Shown here: positions 5,344 through 7,151 of the stretch, piece after piece
Layout of the letters: the number at the start of each line of letters is the position of its first letter
Numbering within the stretch: the stretch's first letter is position 1
Assembly (NCBI GenBank): GCA_028275885.1
Contig: JAPWTW010000012.1
Span: 1 to 7,151 of the forward strand
Direction of reading: 5' to 3'
From: Candidatus Nanopusillus sp.
GTDB taxonomy: Archaea > Nanobdellota > Nanobdellia > Nanobdellales > Nanobdellaceae
DNA length: 7,151 nucleotides
Made by a program: the position numbers and the translations under genes
Notes under the pieces: model-generated
Told to the model about the DNA's origin: nothing
Databases searched by the model: none
The model's input: the letters and a program-made list of their open reading frames with translations, nothing else

Positions 5344-7151
5344 ATGTGGCATTCTTTATCTATTGAAGAGGTATTTAAAAAATTAAATACATCAATTAAA
5401 GGTTTAGATGATTATGAAGCTGAAAGGAGGTTAAAAATATATGGAGAAAACAGAATAAAATTAGAAAGAAATAATTTTTTAGAAATTGTAACTGAACATT
5501 TAAAAAACCCATTTATATTATTATTTTTTGTTGCAGATATATTATCATTTATTTTTGGTGGTATTACTGAAGGTATTGTAATAACATTATTTCTAATATT
5601 ATATATAATATCAGATTACTTCCATAGTAAAAAATCTGAAAAAGTAATAAAATCTCTAGAAAAAGGTATAGAAAGTAATGTATTAGTTATTAGAAATGGA
5701 AAATATAAACATATAAAATCATCAAAAATTGTTCCAGGAGATATTATTATATTAAAATATGGACAGAGAGCTCCTGCTGATATAAGAATAATAAAATCAA
5801 CTGATCTAGAAGTTGATGAGAGCTCCTTAACTGGTGAATCTGAACCTGTAAAAAAATATAATACTGTATTACCAGAAGATATTCCAATAAAGAAAAGAAA
5901 AAATATGATATTCCAAAATACTTATGTAGTAAAAGGAATTGCAATTGGTGTTGTAGTTGCGACTGGAAATAATACATATTATGGAAGTATATATAAAAAC
6001 ATAAGTAAACAAAAAAGAGGCAAATCTCAATTGCAAGAAGAATTAGACAGATTTTCATATTATATGATAATACTTATATCGATAATTATAATTATATCTT
6101 TTATAATATTATTAATAAAAAATGTGATGGACTTATATCAACTAATAATATTCTCAATAGCACTTGCTATTGTCGTAATACCGGAAGGATTGCCTGCAGC
6201 ATTAATATTGTTATACACAATGAGTAGTCTAAAATTAGAAAAAGATCTTATATATGTAAAAAATCCCAATATATTGGAAGATATTAGCAATATAGATACT
6301 GTTATTTTAGATAAGACTGGTACAATTACATATAATGAATTAATTATAGATAAATTTTTTTATAATGGTAAATTTTATGATATAAAATATTATGAAGACA
6401 GAGCAGAAATACTATCTAATGCAAAAATAATAAATATAAATAAAATAAAAGAATTTTTAATATTTTTATATAATTCAATAGAGGATTATTTAACAATAGA
6501 TATAGAAAAAAATATTGGGGATCCTATAAATTTATCAATATATAGACTAGCAAAATATTTAAAGATTTCTAAATTTTTGGAAAGATATTCTATAAATTAT
6601 TTTGATCCATACAGAAAAAGATCTTCTGTAATAGTAAAATATAATGATAAAAAATATGCAATAATAAAAGGATCTCCATCTTCTCTTCTATCTATTTCAA
6701 AATATATAATGATAAATAATAAAATACTTAAAATAGATAAATATAAAGAAAAAATTGAAAAAATTGGAAATGAATATGGAAAAAGAGGTTATAAAATATT
6801 AGCAATTGGTATTAAAGAAATAAAAGAAAATGAAGAACCTGAAAAGGATATAACATTCTTGGGATTATTACTTATAAAGGATAGGATAAGAGAAGGTGTT
6901 TTAAAATATATAAAAGATTTGAGAGAAATTGGTATAAATATATATATAGTAACTGGAGATAATAAAGATCATACCTTAGGAATATTAAGAATGTTGAATT
7001 TAAATTACAAAATAGTAGATGCAAAAGAAATAAAGAAATTGAATGAAGATTATTTATATAAGATATTAAAAGAATATCATGTTGTAGTAAATGCCGATCC
7101 TTTAGATAAATATAGAATAGTAAAAACACTAAAAGATAAAGGTCATAGGGT
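5344..7151 (+). CDS. Cation-transporting P-type ATPase, type II-like (PEGL class), 3'-truncated by the window edge.
   Basis: This gene is not in the supplied track because it has no stop within the window. I translated nt 5344-7151 by hand and found 602 codons with no stop. MWHSLSIEEVFKKLNTSIKGLDDYEAERRLKIYGENRI is a Cation_ATPase_N domain. Motifs found are TGES (5830-5841), IPEGLPA in M4 (PEGLP at 6181-6195), the phosphorylation site DKTGT (6310-6324, as DKTGTIT), N-domain FDPYRKRSSV and KGSP, and the TGDN hinge (6952-6963). Confidence 0.92.
   Translation, partial: MWHSLSIEEVFKKLNTSIKGLDDYEAERRLKIYGENRIKLERNNFLEIVTEHLKNPFILLFFVADILSFIFGGITEGIVITLFLILYIISDYFHSKKSEKVIKSLEKGIESNVLVIRNGKYKHIKSSKIVPGDIIILKYGQRAPADIRIIKSTDLEVDESSLTGESEPVKKYNTVLPEDIPIKKRKNMIFQNTYVVKGIAIGVVVATGNNTYYGSIYKNISKQKRGKSQLQEELDRFSYYMIILISIIIIISFIILLIKNVMDLYQLIIFSIALAIVVIPEGLPAALILLYTMSSLKLEKDLIYVKNPNILEDISNIDTVILDKTGTITYNELIIDKFFYNGKFYDIKYYEDRAEILSNAKIININKIKEFLIFLYNSIEDYLTIDIEKNIGDPINLSIYRLAKYLKISKFLERYSINYFDPYRKRSSVIVKYNDKKYAIIKGSPSSLLSISKYIMINNKILKIDKYKEKIEKIGNEYGKRGYKILAIGIKEIKENEEPEKDITFLGLLLIKDRIREGVLKYIKDLREIGINIYIVTGDNKDHTLGILRMLNLNYKIVDAKEIKKLNEDYLYKILKEYHVVVNADPLDKYRIVKTLKDKGHR

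Noticed and set aside
132-7129. Eleven minus-strand ORFs in the supplied track: 132-329, 956-1141, 1238-1429, 1455-1733, 2136-2318, 2603-2908, 2980-3267, 3421-3627, 3673-3933, 5747-6058 and 6872-7129.
   Set aside because: All but 2136-2318 lie wholly or almost wholly antisense to well-supported genes (surface protein, rpoD, valS, ATPase). ORF 2136-2318 overlaps the valS 5' end only partly and extends into the upstream promoter spacer. All translate to low-complexity L/F/I/Y-rich strings typical of shadow ORFs in AT-rich DNA, and none has a recognisable motif.
1-7151. CRISPR array, mobile element, toxin-antitoxin or defence island.
   Set aside because: There are no spaced direct repeats, no transposase, integrase or recombinase-like ORFs, and no terminal inverted repeats. 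Apart from two proteins of unknown function (the surface-protein fragment and the small membrane protein), every ORF is a recognisable housekeeping gene.

Overview
This is a very AT-rich archaeal chromosomal window. Hand counts on sample 60-nt lines give about 18-25% GC in most genes and about 32-37% in the first gene and in tpiA. It holds six tightly packed genes: (1) the 3' part of a gene for a lysine-poor, Tyr/Asn-rich, probably extracellular lectin-fold protein that runs off the left edge; (2) RNA polymerase subunit D (Rpo3); (3) a 111-aa four-helix membrane protein of unknown function; (4) a compact valyl-tRNA synthetase; (5) an archaeal-type triosephosphate isomerase on the minus strand; (6) the 5' 602 codons of a PEGL-type (type II-like) P-type cation ATPase that runs off the right edge and is absent from the supplied ORF track. 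Every start codon visible in the window has a TTATA(A/T)A box 27-32 nt upstream and no Shine-Dalgarno sequence, which suggests leaderless transcripts. The lysine/isoleucine-rich proteome, scattered housekeeping genes and tiny spacers fit a small-genome DPANN/Nanoarchaeota-like archaeon, possibly from an acidic habitat, but the taxon cannot be established from this window alone. I see no CRISPR array, tRNA or rRNA, transposase or integrase, and no recognisable defence or other multi-gene accessory system, so this looks like an ordinary housekeeping region. The items most worth a second look are the nearly lysine-free surface-protein fragment, the 40-bp divergent promoter with interleaved TATA boxes, the perfect 13-bp tandem duplication at the rpoD promoter, the cysteine-free operon-orphaned RpoD, the orphan membrane protein, and coding-like remnants in the one long spacer.
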